DNA from: Nemertoderma westbladi
Taxonomy: Eukaryota; Animalia; Xenacoelomorpha
DNA: 64,000 nucleotides
Reading direction: 5' to 3'
Assembly (NCBI GenBank): GCA_032718475.1
Contig: JAUCBJ010004630.1
Span: forward strand, 1-64,000
The position numbers and the translations under genes were made by a program. Below, piece after piece: positions 11,292-23,003 of the stretch (its first letter is position 1; the number at the start of each line of letters is the position of its first letter). The notes beneath the pieces are model-generated. The model had not been told where the DNA came from. It searched no databases and saw only the letters and a list, made by a program, of their open reading frames with translations.

Positions 11292-11587
11292 CTGAAAGAT
11301 TAATATTTTCCATTAACTGAGTGCGATGAGTGCCAGTTGGCCCAGACTCACGACCGTTCAACCGATTTCGTGTGGTATCCTAAGGGTTACCTGGTGGCTA
11401 TCTGACCTTGATGCACTGTCTTTGACCGTAGGCTGGTGAAATAAAGTGATTCGGTCTAACTTAATGGTTAATAGATAATAACGTTATATTACTGGACACT
11501 GTTACTGGTAGCTTACGGTTAGATAGCTGTATGCATTGGATGTACAGCCTAGAGCGTAATAGTGGAAATCGATGAACATCCTATCAA

Positions 11588-12070
11588 TGTTGGGCGAGCC
11601 ACGAAGTGAGCGAAGCCTTAGCATATGGGTACCATTAACGAGTTGTCTGTCGTCGTCGTATAATTTTTGATCGCTAATAACTTGGTTATTACTTGATGAA
11701 ATTAAACAAAACTTGGTACTTTGCACAGTTATAAAGATCGTTAGTCTCCGTTTAGGGAATTTATTTTAAGACAAAACAGGACGAGCGCAACGAGGCTAAT
11801 GAAGGAGAAGAGTATTGAAAAACTAAAAATGTCATACTTAACTTAATTAGCCCTAGTTAGAAGGTTTACAAATGTGCGTAATAAAGTTAAAGTGTGTAAG
11901 GGCAAACTGAAATGGATCTCTGATTTTACAACTTGTTTATCACAAACTGATAGCATAGCCTTCACTCATATATATTTTGTGAAAGACTGTTTTCTTATAT
12001 CTAATAGAGATTAGTATAATGTACTATATAATATAGGCTCTCGTGCTGCGCGAAGGCCTCACGAACGTGT
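11588..12070 (+). mobile_element. Intronic Helentron/DINE-1-like repeat
   Basis: Starts with the reverse complement of the 9012-9195 module, then gtc repeats and aaacttggtac, and ends with the reverse complement of the 6055-6087 module. Confidence 0.55.
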
Positions 12071-12369
12071 ACAGTAAAGGTCAAATGCCGTCCTCATGCA
12101 AGGGTTCGGCCTCCTGTAATAACAACCTGCTGACTCATCTAGGTAATAGGTAAATGGTACACTATATTTTATTGTTTCTTTTTTTCACCCTTCTAACCCT
12201 AAAATTGGAAGTTATTTATTTTTATTTATACTATATTCCAGGTAACAATTAATATTAAAATTAACATCAACCCATAATAATAATAATAATAATAATGGAA
12301 GTAAAATGAGTAAATTTTAAGTAAATTACAAACTCTCATCTACTTAGAGCACAATCCCAATCCCTGTGT

Positions 12370-13130
12370 TGTCTTTGGAGCTCGAATGTGAATTCGAACT
12401 TCAGGAATTTACCAAAGTATCAGACGAGGAGGTTCAACATTTAACGATGGATCCTTCCTTATTCAAGGAGAATGTCATTTCACCAGTCCTAAAGAAGATC
12501 AACCTCGATCCTAATATATTCTAAAGAACTTGCGACCAGTATCCAACCTTATCTTTATATCAAAATTAACCGGGAAGGTTGTCACGATTGTACTCATTCA
12601 ACACATGTGCGTCAAAAAGCTCAATGATCCCTTCCAAAGTGCCTATAGGAATTTGCACAGCTGTGAAACTGCCTTATTGAGAGTTAACAATGATATTCCA
12701 GAACGAATCAGTGATGGCTCTGCAGTTCTTCTTATCCTGGTAGATCATATTGCGAGCATTCGATTATTATCAACATATTGGAGAAAGATATTGATTGGTG
12801 TTACTGGTGAGGTATTAAAAAGGTTCCATTCCTACCTCACTGGCAGTGTCAGTCAGTGACGATTGTAATTTTGTTAATCGATTAAGAAAACGCTTCATTT
12901 AGGGAGTTCCCCAAGGAGATGGTGGTGTTAGGTCCCTTTTTATTTACTATTTTTATTCACTCACTTAGCAAATGCTATTAAAAATCATGAGTTATCTTAC
13001 CATAAATATGCTGATGAAACGCAATAATATATCGCCTTCAAGCCATTAGATGTGTCTAATGCGCTAATATAAAGTCATGGATGTCTTCACATTTCTTAAA
13101 GATGAATTCGGACAAGACAGAAATACTTTA
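12370..13130 (+). mobile_element. Decayed L2/CR1-clade reverse transcriptase fragment (intronic)
   Basis: RPVSNLIFISK, DPFQSAYR..HSCETALLRV.ND, GVPQG, YADE (degenerate YADD) and NSDKTE, with frameshifts and stops. Confidence 0.88.
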
Positions 13131-13332
13131 TGCAGCAATCAAAGTCCGGCAGAGGCGCCGAGACTGACTAGCCAGCAGCATGGCCATTGGAAACGAATAT
13201 ATTCCACTGAAGCTTTCTGCATGCAACTTTGGTGCTAACTTTAGACCGATTCCCATTTACTAACCTACCTTCCAATTGCCTTTGCTCCAATTTATACAAA
13301 TTTAATATATAATGTATTATTAATAAACCAAC

Positions 13333-13527
13333 CTTTGTGAGTTTAGTAATGTTGTTACATCTGGCAACTTCCATAGCGCACTGATTGAGGTAGTACCTCC
13401 CATTGGTTTTGTCTTTTACCCCTTTGATTTCCAAAGGACAATATTTATCGCAGCCCACAATTGGATTTACCGATGGAATGAAAAGTGCGGCCAGCAGAGA
13501 TAGAAGTTGAAGAGCTACTGGTAACAT
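13333..13527 (-). CDS. Exon 1: signal peptide + atypical Kazal domain
   Basis: Hydrophobic leader MLPVALQLLSLLAALFIPSVNP, then C-DKY-CP-LEIKGV-K-DKTNGRYYLNQC-AMEVAR-C. Donor AAG|GTTGGT follows codon 65. Confidence 0.8.
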
Positions 13528-14095
13528 TTTTACAATTTTTGTATTTTAACTTTCTTACAAAAGTTGAAGAATCCGTATCAGTGAATGTCGTTAAAGCTAC
13601 TGTACAGAAGTTTTTTATTATAGGCCTACAGCAGACAGTCATTAGAGTTTCATCAAAGACTGCAATTATTATAAACTATTATGGTGTAATAGATACAGTA
13701 GTATAGCAACTGCAACTGAGTAGCTGTCATTGTGTTTCTATTATTATTTTAGATTACAATCATGTCTGATTGTAAAATTAATATTATAGAAAAAAGTACA
13801 CTACCTACATGTGCAGTGTAAATATATTTTTAGACGAAGTGGTATCTTCAGCTTCTGGATCAATGGAAGTACAGTAGGTGATGGTTCAGTGACACCAATG
13901 ATTATTAGGTTTTGGGAACTTTTTTGTTTGGCGATCCAGTTGTTTGGAGAAATTAATTTGGTTCGCTAGAGCAGACTTCAATGTACCGATTTCTTCCTAA
14001 AGTTTACCAAAGCGTTGGTTAGTAGTTAATATTGATTATTATAATAATACACTCGGATCGTCAATGCGACAAGGTGAGATGCATAATCATATCAT

Positions 14096-15677
14096 ATGCA
14101 TCCAATATCATCAACAGATGATATTGGCAATGGTGGAATTGTTCTATTGATAAATCCAAATGCACATGCAGCATTGGACAAAATAGACCAAATCTCTAAC
14201 CGTATCATCCATTGCCACTTCTCATGTTTTGGAAGACTGGCTAAGAAGTTTCCTAAGGTGGTTCTGTTTGTGTGCTATTCTCCAACTAGTGTTGCCCCAG
14301 TAGAGGAGGTGGACAATTTCTACCGCAATCTACAAGCAGCTACTGATGGAGTGGATCAGCATGCATTCATAACATTCCTGTGAGACTTTAATGCAAGTCT
14401 GAATCAATCACCTACATCGCCCTGGGTCTATAGCGATAGTGTTAACCGAAATTCCGTCCATCTTCAGGATTTGATCTCTGGAAATGGATTGTTTTCGGCT
14501 GGAATCCAGTTCAAGAAGCGAACTGGAAAGCTCTGGACTCATAGTGGACCCAGTGGTACCCTCGAAACAGGAAAAAGGGCCACTGGACTGGCCACAAAAT
14601 TCAGAAGTACCGAAATGACCTCTATAAGGCACAGAAAGAGTCCAGACTCAAACAGACTACAGCGGTCAAGAATGCAGTTAAGGCTGCATCTAGGTCCCTG
14701 AACAGGCAGTACTCTGTTAATCTACAAGAGCTTATAAGCCAACAAGTTGATGCCATCAATGATGCTGACGACAGCAGGCAATCATCCCAGGCATGGAAAT
14801 CGATCAATCTGCTTACTGGGCGGAAAAGCCAACCAACCACCAAGGTTAAGGCTGAATCACCAGCCGATCGCCTCAATGGTTGGAAGTTCCACTTTGTAAA
14901 GCTCCTCAATAATGACAGGGTATTGCCTGATAACATCATAGAAGTAAAAGTCGGAGTTAAAGTAAGAGTCTGTACTCCCATAAATTCCCATTGGCGATTT
15001 CTCCTTTGCAGAAGTGAAGGCTGCTGCAAAGAGCATTAAGACCAATCGTGTCCGTGGAGTAGATGGTGTCCACCCTGAGGTCTTTAAAATACGTGAGTGT
15101 TTAAAGCTCTCATCATCTTATCATAGTAGACATGTACAGAACAACAAGAGTCCTACAAGAAATGAAAACAAATAAGTTGGTGCCAGTTCCCAAGAAGGGC
15201 AACCTAACACTCTATGGTTCTTTTCGGGGAATCTCATTAATCTCGATTGCTGCAAAACTATACAATATAATTATATTAAATCGCATCAGGTATCCCATTG
15301 AGAGACTGCTCCGTGGAAATCAGAATGGGTTCCATAAAGGTCGTGGGACAATGGAGCCAATTTTGGCACTTAGAAGGATAATTGAAGAGTTATCAAAAAA
15401 GAAAGACAGGCATCTGGCTGTTATTTTTATTGAATTCTTCAAAGCCTTTGATTCAGTCTCTCGCTCACGTATGTTCAGCATACTTTCATTATATGGGATT
15501 CCTGATGAAATTATTGCAGCAATCAGATCAGTATACGATGGTTCGACAACATTTGTGTCTACTGTTGACGGTAACACAGAACCATTTGTAGTGTTATGGG
15601 GCGTCCCCCAAGGAGCCATTCTTGTTCATAATTGTCTATGTTCTACGCATGCATGTCCTTAGATCAACATAATGATG
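14096..15677 (+). mobile_element. Decayed RTE LINE: AP endonuclease and first half of RT
   Basis: CYSPT..VDNFY..L*DFNA (endonuclease); LVPVPKKG, FRGISL, NQNGF.KGR, FFKAFDSV and GVPQG (RT); multiple frameshifts. Confidence 0.92.
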
Positions 15678-15690
15678 CATAATGAATAAT

Positions 15691-17561
15691 AGGGTTTGTA
15701 AAGTCCAACCATATGGAGAAGCACACAGAGAGAAGCACACCAGGAGAAGTGCGACGCTGATTGGCTAGAGCAGTGTGACAGCCGAGTGGCTGACAGTACA
15801 GTAAGTTATGTTTACGAATTCATAGGCCTGCTGGCCTGTGCCTATGTTGTAGCTCTGACACTGTTATATCTACCGGTACAGATATTTTTGCAAGAATCTA
15901 ATGGTTCAGCTGTTTGGTACCAGTAGACTAGTATATCTTCTTCTGTTGTAGCTACCGGTACTGGTATTTTTGCAAGAATTGAATGCAGACGGAATGTCTT
16001 CCGTCAGTCTGTTGGGGCACCGCTGTCACCTATCTGCCCATTATATTTGTAGGCACTACAGCAGTGGGCCTATATCATCGCAAGACGTTAAATAGAGAAC
16101 ATGACACCTTGTGTTGAACTTGTACTAAATTAGATCAGAATATTTGCAATTTATTTTAAGGTTTTCAAACGTAATTAAATATAATGTAGGTCACAATTAA
16201 TATTAATAATTCTTATAACGAACAGGTATTCCAAATCGTCAAGAAATGAGTCACCAAAGAAGAGAAAAATGTAATAAAAGAAGCAGTTAATATTTAAATA
16301 AAATTTCGGAATATGCAGCAAAGGACTCTTTGACGCATGCAGCATTACCGACCTGGATACAAACCCCTAAACGTTGACGAAGGTGTTCAATCGATTTTTT
16401 GTTGCCAGATACCTTCTGTATACGGTGACCCTGCTCACGGAGGAATGCTATCGTTTTCGCTATCGTTTTTAGGTTGATTTTTTAGGGGCCAATACGACTA
16501 CACCATTTAGGCTTAGTTCATAGGGCTTAGTCCGATCTTCCAATGTGCTATTTTAATTTAGCATAATTTAGTCGGAACTGCTTTTTAATTTTGTTTGTTT
16601 AGGCGTATATCTTTTAAGAGTTTTACTATTTACTACCGATATAATTTTTTGTTGATATGCTATTAAATTAAATTAGATTTTAGTTTTGGTTTTTTATTTC
16701 TGGTGAGTTAATTAAATAAAATATTTTTCGGTTTTTTAAAGTGTTTTATTTTTTACACATTGTGTATAATAAACCATAATGCTGTAATGCAATACTATTT
16801 ACTGTGTTACATATTATTCATACGCCATATTCATCTGTATTAAGTGTGTCAATCAGTCCATCCCCATTGCAATATTACATCTATGTTTTCATATTATCAT
16901 TCAGAAGTTAAAATTAATATAGTAAATATTAATTTATCGCAATATAACGTAACGCAGTATGCAGTAAAAAATCCGCAATAATAAATACACTTGTAAAGTA
17001 AAGCTTTTTGCGTTTTATTATGTAAATCGTTATCTGTTACTTTTAATGATTTTAATTATTCTATATAATTAATTATAATCGGCAAGCTGCATTGAATAAA
17101 TTAATGGAAATTTTTTTCGGATATGTCATGTAGAATAGCATCTTAGGCGCCTATATTCCAAATTATAGCAAAACCAAACAATTTTGAAAGGCTGGGAGTG
17201 ATAAATCGAAGAGGTGTCCGAAAATGGTGACCCCCCCCCCCCCCCCCCTTTACATTATTAAAATAAAATCAAGATACACAAATAGGTTAAGCATTTGTGG
17301 TAAGCATTGAGCATTTAATCATTAAAAATTACACAGTCAAATAAGGATGTAATAGTAATAGGCCTAAAATAAATTCTGAATATTATACTATATAAGCTAG
17401 AACTAATTTCCTGACAGCACTATAAAGTTTCAGCCAATCAGCGTCACACTTCTCCCGGTGTGCTTCTCCCCGTTTGCTTCTCTATGTTCAATCAGCATTG
17501 CACTTCTCCTGGTGTGCTTCTCTCCGTGTGTTTCTCTATATGGTTGGACGTTACAAACCCT
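15691..17561. mobile_element. Non-autonomous DNA transposon with ~73-bp TIRs nested in the RTE LINE
   Basis: Left end agggtttgtaaagtccaaccatatggagaagcacac...gctgattg; right end caatcagc...tatggttggacgttacaaaccct. RTE sequence resumes right after. No clean TSD seen. Confidence 0.85.
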
Positions 17562-17564
17562 TCT

Positions 17565-17816
17565 CTAATGATGATGGGGTGATGGTAACTCCACCTACTA
17601 TCTCCAGAAGACGAGGAAATACTGCCAAGTACCTAACTGATCTAGATCACTAGATGGAGCCTAACGGATCCTCAGCTCATTAGAACAGGGTGCTTCTAGT
17701 GTTGGTCTTTTTATTAACTCTAAAAAGACCAAAAAATTGAAAGTTAACTTTGAAAGTCCTCAGCAAGCCTCTGACCGGATGAGCATAAGCTCAAAGTATG
17801 GTATGCTTGAGCATGT
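17565..17816 (+). mobile_element. Continuation of the RTE RT after the nested TIR element
   Basis: Homologous (inverted) to 21795-22085; the FADD-coding segment is deleted. Confidence 0.85.
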
Positions 17817-18495
17817 TTACAAACCCACGTAACGTTAACGTTAACCCTCGTGTTAATCTTCTTAATGTCAGAGACACAGATGCTAAACCGAAACGGATTA
17901 TCCTACCCATCACACCACTGTAATCAACCTTGTGGTCATTGCCTCATGTGCCCCACAATATCTGATCACCGAAAGACCCCTTGGGGGGAGCGAATTACAG
18001 GTGTCAAGGTTACAGGGGGCTGGCAATCCACGAACGATTGTCCCCAGGCGCTAACTTAAGATCTGCTATAAATAGGTTCGTGTATATAGTTCTTATGAGC
18101 ACTATCAAATGCCTTGGGATACCTGCCACACGGCAGGAGTGCTCACATATTTATATATATATATTATTTAATGTATATATCTGGTCTGAATGTATAATCA
18201 AATACTTTGGATATGTAAGTCTCGGCGCTAGAAACTGCTTCAAGGGATAATGCTCTATGTACGTGTAAACTGTTCCGTTATGTTGTGCTGTTTGTGATCA
18301 AATGTACGTGTGACTTATTTATATTACAGGTAGGATGCTACATAGGATCTAGTGCGTGGTAAGCGCACAACTTACTCATGTTGGACACATTATATTATCG
18401 AATGTATTATAGTCGCAAGTTGGGGAATAATATTGCAGTATTGCGGACATATACACTCGCACTAACTGAACCGAATCTACTGCAGACAGGTTACA
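17814..18495. mobile_element. Possible solo LTR (TG...CA) joining the truncated RTE and the truncated BEL/Pao element
   Basis: Begins tgtttaca, ends ggttaca, has TATAAATA at ~18067 and appears non-coding. No TSD and no second copy. Confidence 0.3.
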
Positions 18496-21151
18496 GTTAG
18501 CACTTTACATTTACATTTCCTCTCTCCCTTTGAGCTCGTATAACTAAGATATACACTGTCGTGTCCTTCCATGTCTGAATCAGTGTAATCCGAAGGGTGT
18601 TCCTCATAGCTAGTAACATAAGCAAACCGTTTCTTAGTCGTTATTTTATCTGATGTTTTTGTGTCGGAACGGGTGCTTCTTTCCCGGTTTATTGTTATGA
18701 GATATGTGGACGCTTCAGCTTTCAGGAAACCTCTAAACGAGTCCATATCGGGAAAGCATCCGTGTTTAAGTTTGTAATTATAAGTGTATCGGTCCCATCT
18801 GGTTCCAATGGAGCCCTTTGGGAGTGCACTGGAAACGAATTGTACTGTCATGGATGTATCGTACACTTGTTTTTGTCCTAGTCAATCTAGTTGGCAGCAA
18901 ATTTCCTCTACCTCATCTCTAAATCTACTATTTAACTTTGAGCAGATCTATTTTTAGAGATTAATCAATCATACATATTGCGTGCCAAGCTTTCTTCATC
19001 GCCATACCGCTCCTTTAGAGTATCCCCAACAGTATTTATGCCATCCACATGGCCCATATATTTCGCGGCCATCTGTTTAGGGGGTCCTTCAAGACAACTA
19101 ATCAAATATCTAAGCTTCTCATGATCACTCAATGGCGAGTCTAGAATGCTATCTTCACAGAACCACATGAAGGGTAACCATTTTAGCTCGTCACCGTCGA
19201 ACTTTAGAATTTGACCTGTAGAGACACACTGTCGGGCCTTGTTTCTAGCCATATGTTGGGTAAGGTCGGCTTGAGCTGCTGAGGAATTTAGTAAGAGGTC
19301 GGTAAGATGTGAGCTTTGATCGTTCTGGTATTCTCAGCATGAATACCGCTCACATCTGAGGCACGTTTTAGTAATTTTACACCCTGTGACGCTGTTTGTG
19401 AGTCAACTTTCTCATTTGTTAGGGTGAGATGGTCCTGTATTAAGGCCATCTGTTGCTCTAAGTCCTCATTTTGTTTTCTTAAAGAGGCAATAATTTCTCG
19501 GGAGTCATCGTTGTTACTCGGAGGTTGATGTAACCTAAGGGTTTGTGCATAACGGTTAAAGTTATGTAGGCTGGGATCTGATGGGGGTGCAAAAACATCC
19601 GAAGGTGGAGGAGGGTTGTCTTGGGGAATGTGCTACCTGGGATGTGCAAATCTGACTCCATTGCTGGAGTAGACCTCCCTTTGCCCGTCAAGGGGGGCAG
19701 AAATCCGTCCGCAGGATGATAACAGCGTTCCTGCTCCTGGATGCTGGTTCCCCACTGCCGATGCATTCGCGGCTATGTGGGCTGATCCGGATGACAGGTG
19801 CCTATCATCCAATTTGTCTTGACGGTTGGGGTAGACTAATAAGTGGAGATTTTCTCCATCCCTACAAGTCCATTTGTCTGGTCTATCTCGTCCTTAATTT
19901 AAACTTATCCTTTCCTTGCGCTGGTTTACACTTAATTTCTTTAACGCTAGTTTGCTTCACAAAGCTAATTCAGCCTCCATCCGTTCGCTTTCCTGTTGGT
20001 CGGCTTCCAACTGTAATTTTAACTGCAGTTCAGGGGCACGCTTACTTGCCTCATTACACCACTGAATTGCATTTAACTGCAACTCAAGTTCTAAGATTTC
20101 CTTATTGGCGGCATGTTCTTCGGCTTGTGCTGCTTGCATGTCACGCTCTGCTTCTATTTGTTCTAGAACTGCCATCAACTCCAGACTGGAGGGTGCTAAA
20201 CCTTTTAACCTCCTATGTAGTTTAACCATCTCTTACTATGTCGATATAGTGCTGTAGGTATCGGGATATTGCATCCATGTCCTTACATTCTCGGGAATCA
20301 TCTGAGTCGGTGTTCAAGTTGTCCTGGAAAATAAAATAATCAGCACTAAGAAGATGTTCTACCTGCAACACCTATAGAGAAACGAATAATTTGGCGATTA
20401 TCGGAGATAAAATACACTCTGCTCCCGCTGGGTGTCTTTATCCTAAATAAATTGAGAACCCTCAAAGGGAATGGGAATAACAAGTATTGCTGAAGTGTTT
20501 TGCAATTCTTATATTACCGCTATTAGTCGCTGTCTACTGTGTTCAGGGAAAATGTCGTCTGTTGTCATCAGCCTATTAATATTATCCAAGGAACGTTGCT
20601 ATGGGCTACTATCGAATGGAGGAGAGTTGATACTCTGAATTCCATGAACTAAAAGTGATGTTAATCCACAAAGAGTAAACAGCTTTGGGAAAGTGTTGAC
20701 CAACGTTTATTGGATGTCATCGGATGTAGGGTATGTGTTAGTCTCTGACAAGTAGTGGCGAGTAAGCAACACCAATGTATGGTGGAGGATGGTTAATATG
20801 TCACGACTGAGTATGGTAAACAAAGGAGTTTACGCCTCATTGTTTATAGGAGGTATATGGCTGTGTCGAAGTACTCGGCAACTAATTGTCTGGCAGGGTA
20901 TGTCATCATGGGGCAAGCTGTAGATTGCCTTGGGAATAAATTAAGTTGTAACTGCGGTTGAGTTATTATTATTATGAATTAATATATGTGTCCGAAGTCG
21001 CCTGCAATCCAAACAAATGGTTATGTTCAGAATGAAATTGGCGTAGGATGTCAGTTCCTTTGATCTAAACACAAGGATTAATGTATAATAATATCAGGCC
21101 TGCTGCTGTCTGCTGAATAAACAGTTCAATGGCCTAGAGAAAGATGTAACA
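18496..21151 (-). mobile_element. Decayed BEL/Pao LTR retrotransposon, 5' half (candidate LTR 20776-21151, gag remnants 20229-18496)
   Basis: KFDGDELKWLPF...LSDHEKLRYLISCLEG...LKERYG is the DUF1759-type BEL/Pao gag signature, with a coiled-coil N-terminus. A TGT...ACA block is followed by PBS-like TGGTGTTGC. Stops and frameshifts are present and pol is absent. Confidence 0.8.
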
Positions 21152-21174
21152 ACTAATTATTGTGGTACTTAGAT

Positions 21175-22090
21175 ACTACTACTACTAGGATCAGCATGCT
21201 GCATTGCAGCTGCATTTTTAAGAATACTGTGCCAGCTTGTTGACAAAATTGCACCGCCACAACTCCCTATCACCCATGACATTTGCTAGATCATCCGCAT
21301 CTTCAAGGCCAGTGTCCTTCAAGGTGCGTCTCAAGAAAGTCATGGGCTGTCCACCATGCTTATTCACTCCATGAGGCTGCCAAAGTACAAGATTATGCAC
21401 TGGCTGGTCCTCACGGCGAAAACAATGTCCTGAAAAATGGAGGCGATTTTGTTCTAATATCAAGCTTGGGGGAACCAATGAGACACCTCCAATGTTATAT
21501 AGTGTCTGGTTGGAGATGTGTGCATTGTACTTGACACAATGAACCCGGCGTAGCATTCTTGTGAATGTGCCATCCAGAGATTTGGTGTCCTCAGCAGTTA
21601 GAGCCCAGCATGGACTCCCATAGAGGAGTACTGGAACTACTGCTGCTCTAAATAATCGGACCTTAAGTTTCAGATTAATTCTCGGTGACTTCCAAATCCT
21701 GGAGAGCCTATTCAAGGCTGCCATGCCTTTCCCTTACGTATTCGAAGGGATGATCCATGATCATGGGGGATCCATGATCCCAGGTAACAGAAGTCGTCCA
21801 CATGCTCAAGCATACCATCCTTTGAGCTTATGCCAATCCGATCACAGACTTGCTGAGGACTTTCAAAGTTAACTGTCAAAATTTTGGTCTTTCTGGAGTT
21901 AATAAAAAGACCAATACTAGAAGCAGCATGTTCTAATGAGCTGAGGAGCCATTGGGCTCCCTCTAGTGATTCTGAGAGTACTCCTAAGTCATCAGCAAAG
22001 TCTTGATCTGTTAGGTAATTGGCAGGATTTCCTTGACATCTGGAGCCAGTAGGTGGAGTTATCATCACCCCATCATCATTATGATGTTTT
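21175..22090 (-). mobile_element. 5'-truncated RTE LINE copy with (TAG)n tail
   Basis: LTDQDFADDL catalytic motif, IGLFINSRKTK and YLGS; one frameshift near 21720; tail tactactactacta at 21174-21187. Confidence 0.93.
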
Positions 22091-22968
22091 TAGATCATTA
22101 TTATATTATCTTATTATTATTAATTATTTATTATATTATTATCTATAGATCATATTATCTATAATAGGTAATAAATAATAGGTAATAGATAATAGGTACG
22201 TAGATAATAGAAAGTACTTACGATATTTGGGGTTGTAACATAATGTTACAAGTTTATAACAATAAACAATGATGATATTAAGTGTAGGGCGTCTGTACGA
22301 TAAAACAATAAAATACCATGTTATATAGACTTGCAGTAAACTTGAGTTACTGAATAAAAACCGAAATGTAATACAATTTTGAGGATAAAGTCCATAATAC
22401 ACCATACAAACGCTGACTAAATTATGAAGCAACGGTAATGAATGTATTAATGTATCGGTAATTAGCCGTTTCACACGCAGTGATTGCCTATGTTCACTCC
22501 CTCAGGTGTAGGCCTTAATTTCTCCTGGCTTCGCAAACGGATGACTAATAATGTCAAATTAAACTACAGTCACACAAGTAAACTCTCTGAATCAATCAAC
22601 AATTTGCACGGAAATGCACCCGCAATATTTGCACTCGCACAAAGTCACACAAACGGAATTCACAAAGGTTACTATAATGCTATAACACATCAAACCAGTA
22701 TCAAATCAGTATCACACCAAATAATCGCTGGATTATCTATATTGTCTTTTGTCAATAACGCTCTCCCTGTTTTGCAACTTTACGCTTCTCATGCCACTAG
22801 CTTACGAATTACAACTCCCGCTGGTAACGGAAGTCTTACTGCTCAACACGTTTGGAGAATTTACACGTCGGGGACAATGCAATGTTTCAAATCCTTTAAC
22901 AATTCGTCGATAAAGCATTCAGTTCATAGTATCAAAACATAATAAAAACATGTACGAATAACACAACA

Positions 22969-23003
22969 CTAGTTCTACACGTATTGAAGTAGTTTACTAC
23001 TTC
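22969..23003 (-). other. Helitron-3'-end-like motif at the satellite boundary
   Basis: Inverted repeat GAAGTAGT-TT-ACTACTTC (22986-23003), then on the minus strand 13 nt and CTAG|T (22972-22969). Confidence 0.4.

Larger units (their letters stand above)
9972..13527 (-). pseudogene. Two-exon secreted Kazal + fibrinogen-related-domain gene, disrupted by a LINE insertion
   Basis: Exon 1 13527-13333, phase-0 GT..AG intron 13332-11292, exon 2 11291-9972. Removing the RTE insertion and one TSD restores a continuous 285-aa ORF. Confidence 0.8.

Noticed and set aside
11075-17816. RTE pieces 10455-11099 and 14096-17816 as one element split by an inversion (their breakpoints nearly coincide)
   Set aside because: The first piece has its own perfect TSD inside a collinear host exon, and the second is much more decayed.
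22139-22942. ORFs 22139-22474 (-) and 22484-22942 (+)
   Set aside because: Non-ATG starts, AT-rich sequence, no recognisable motifs or splice context.
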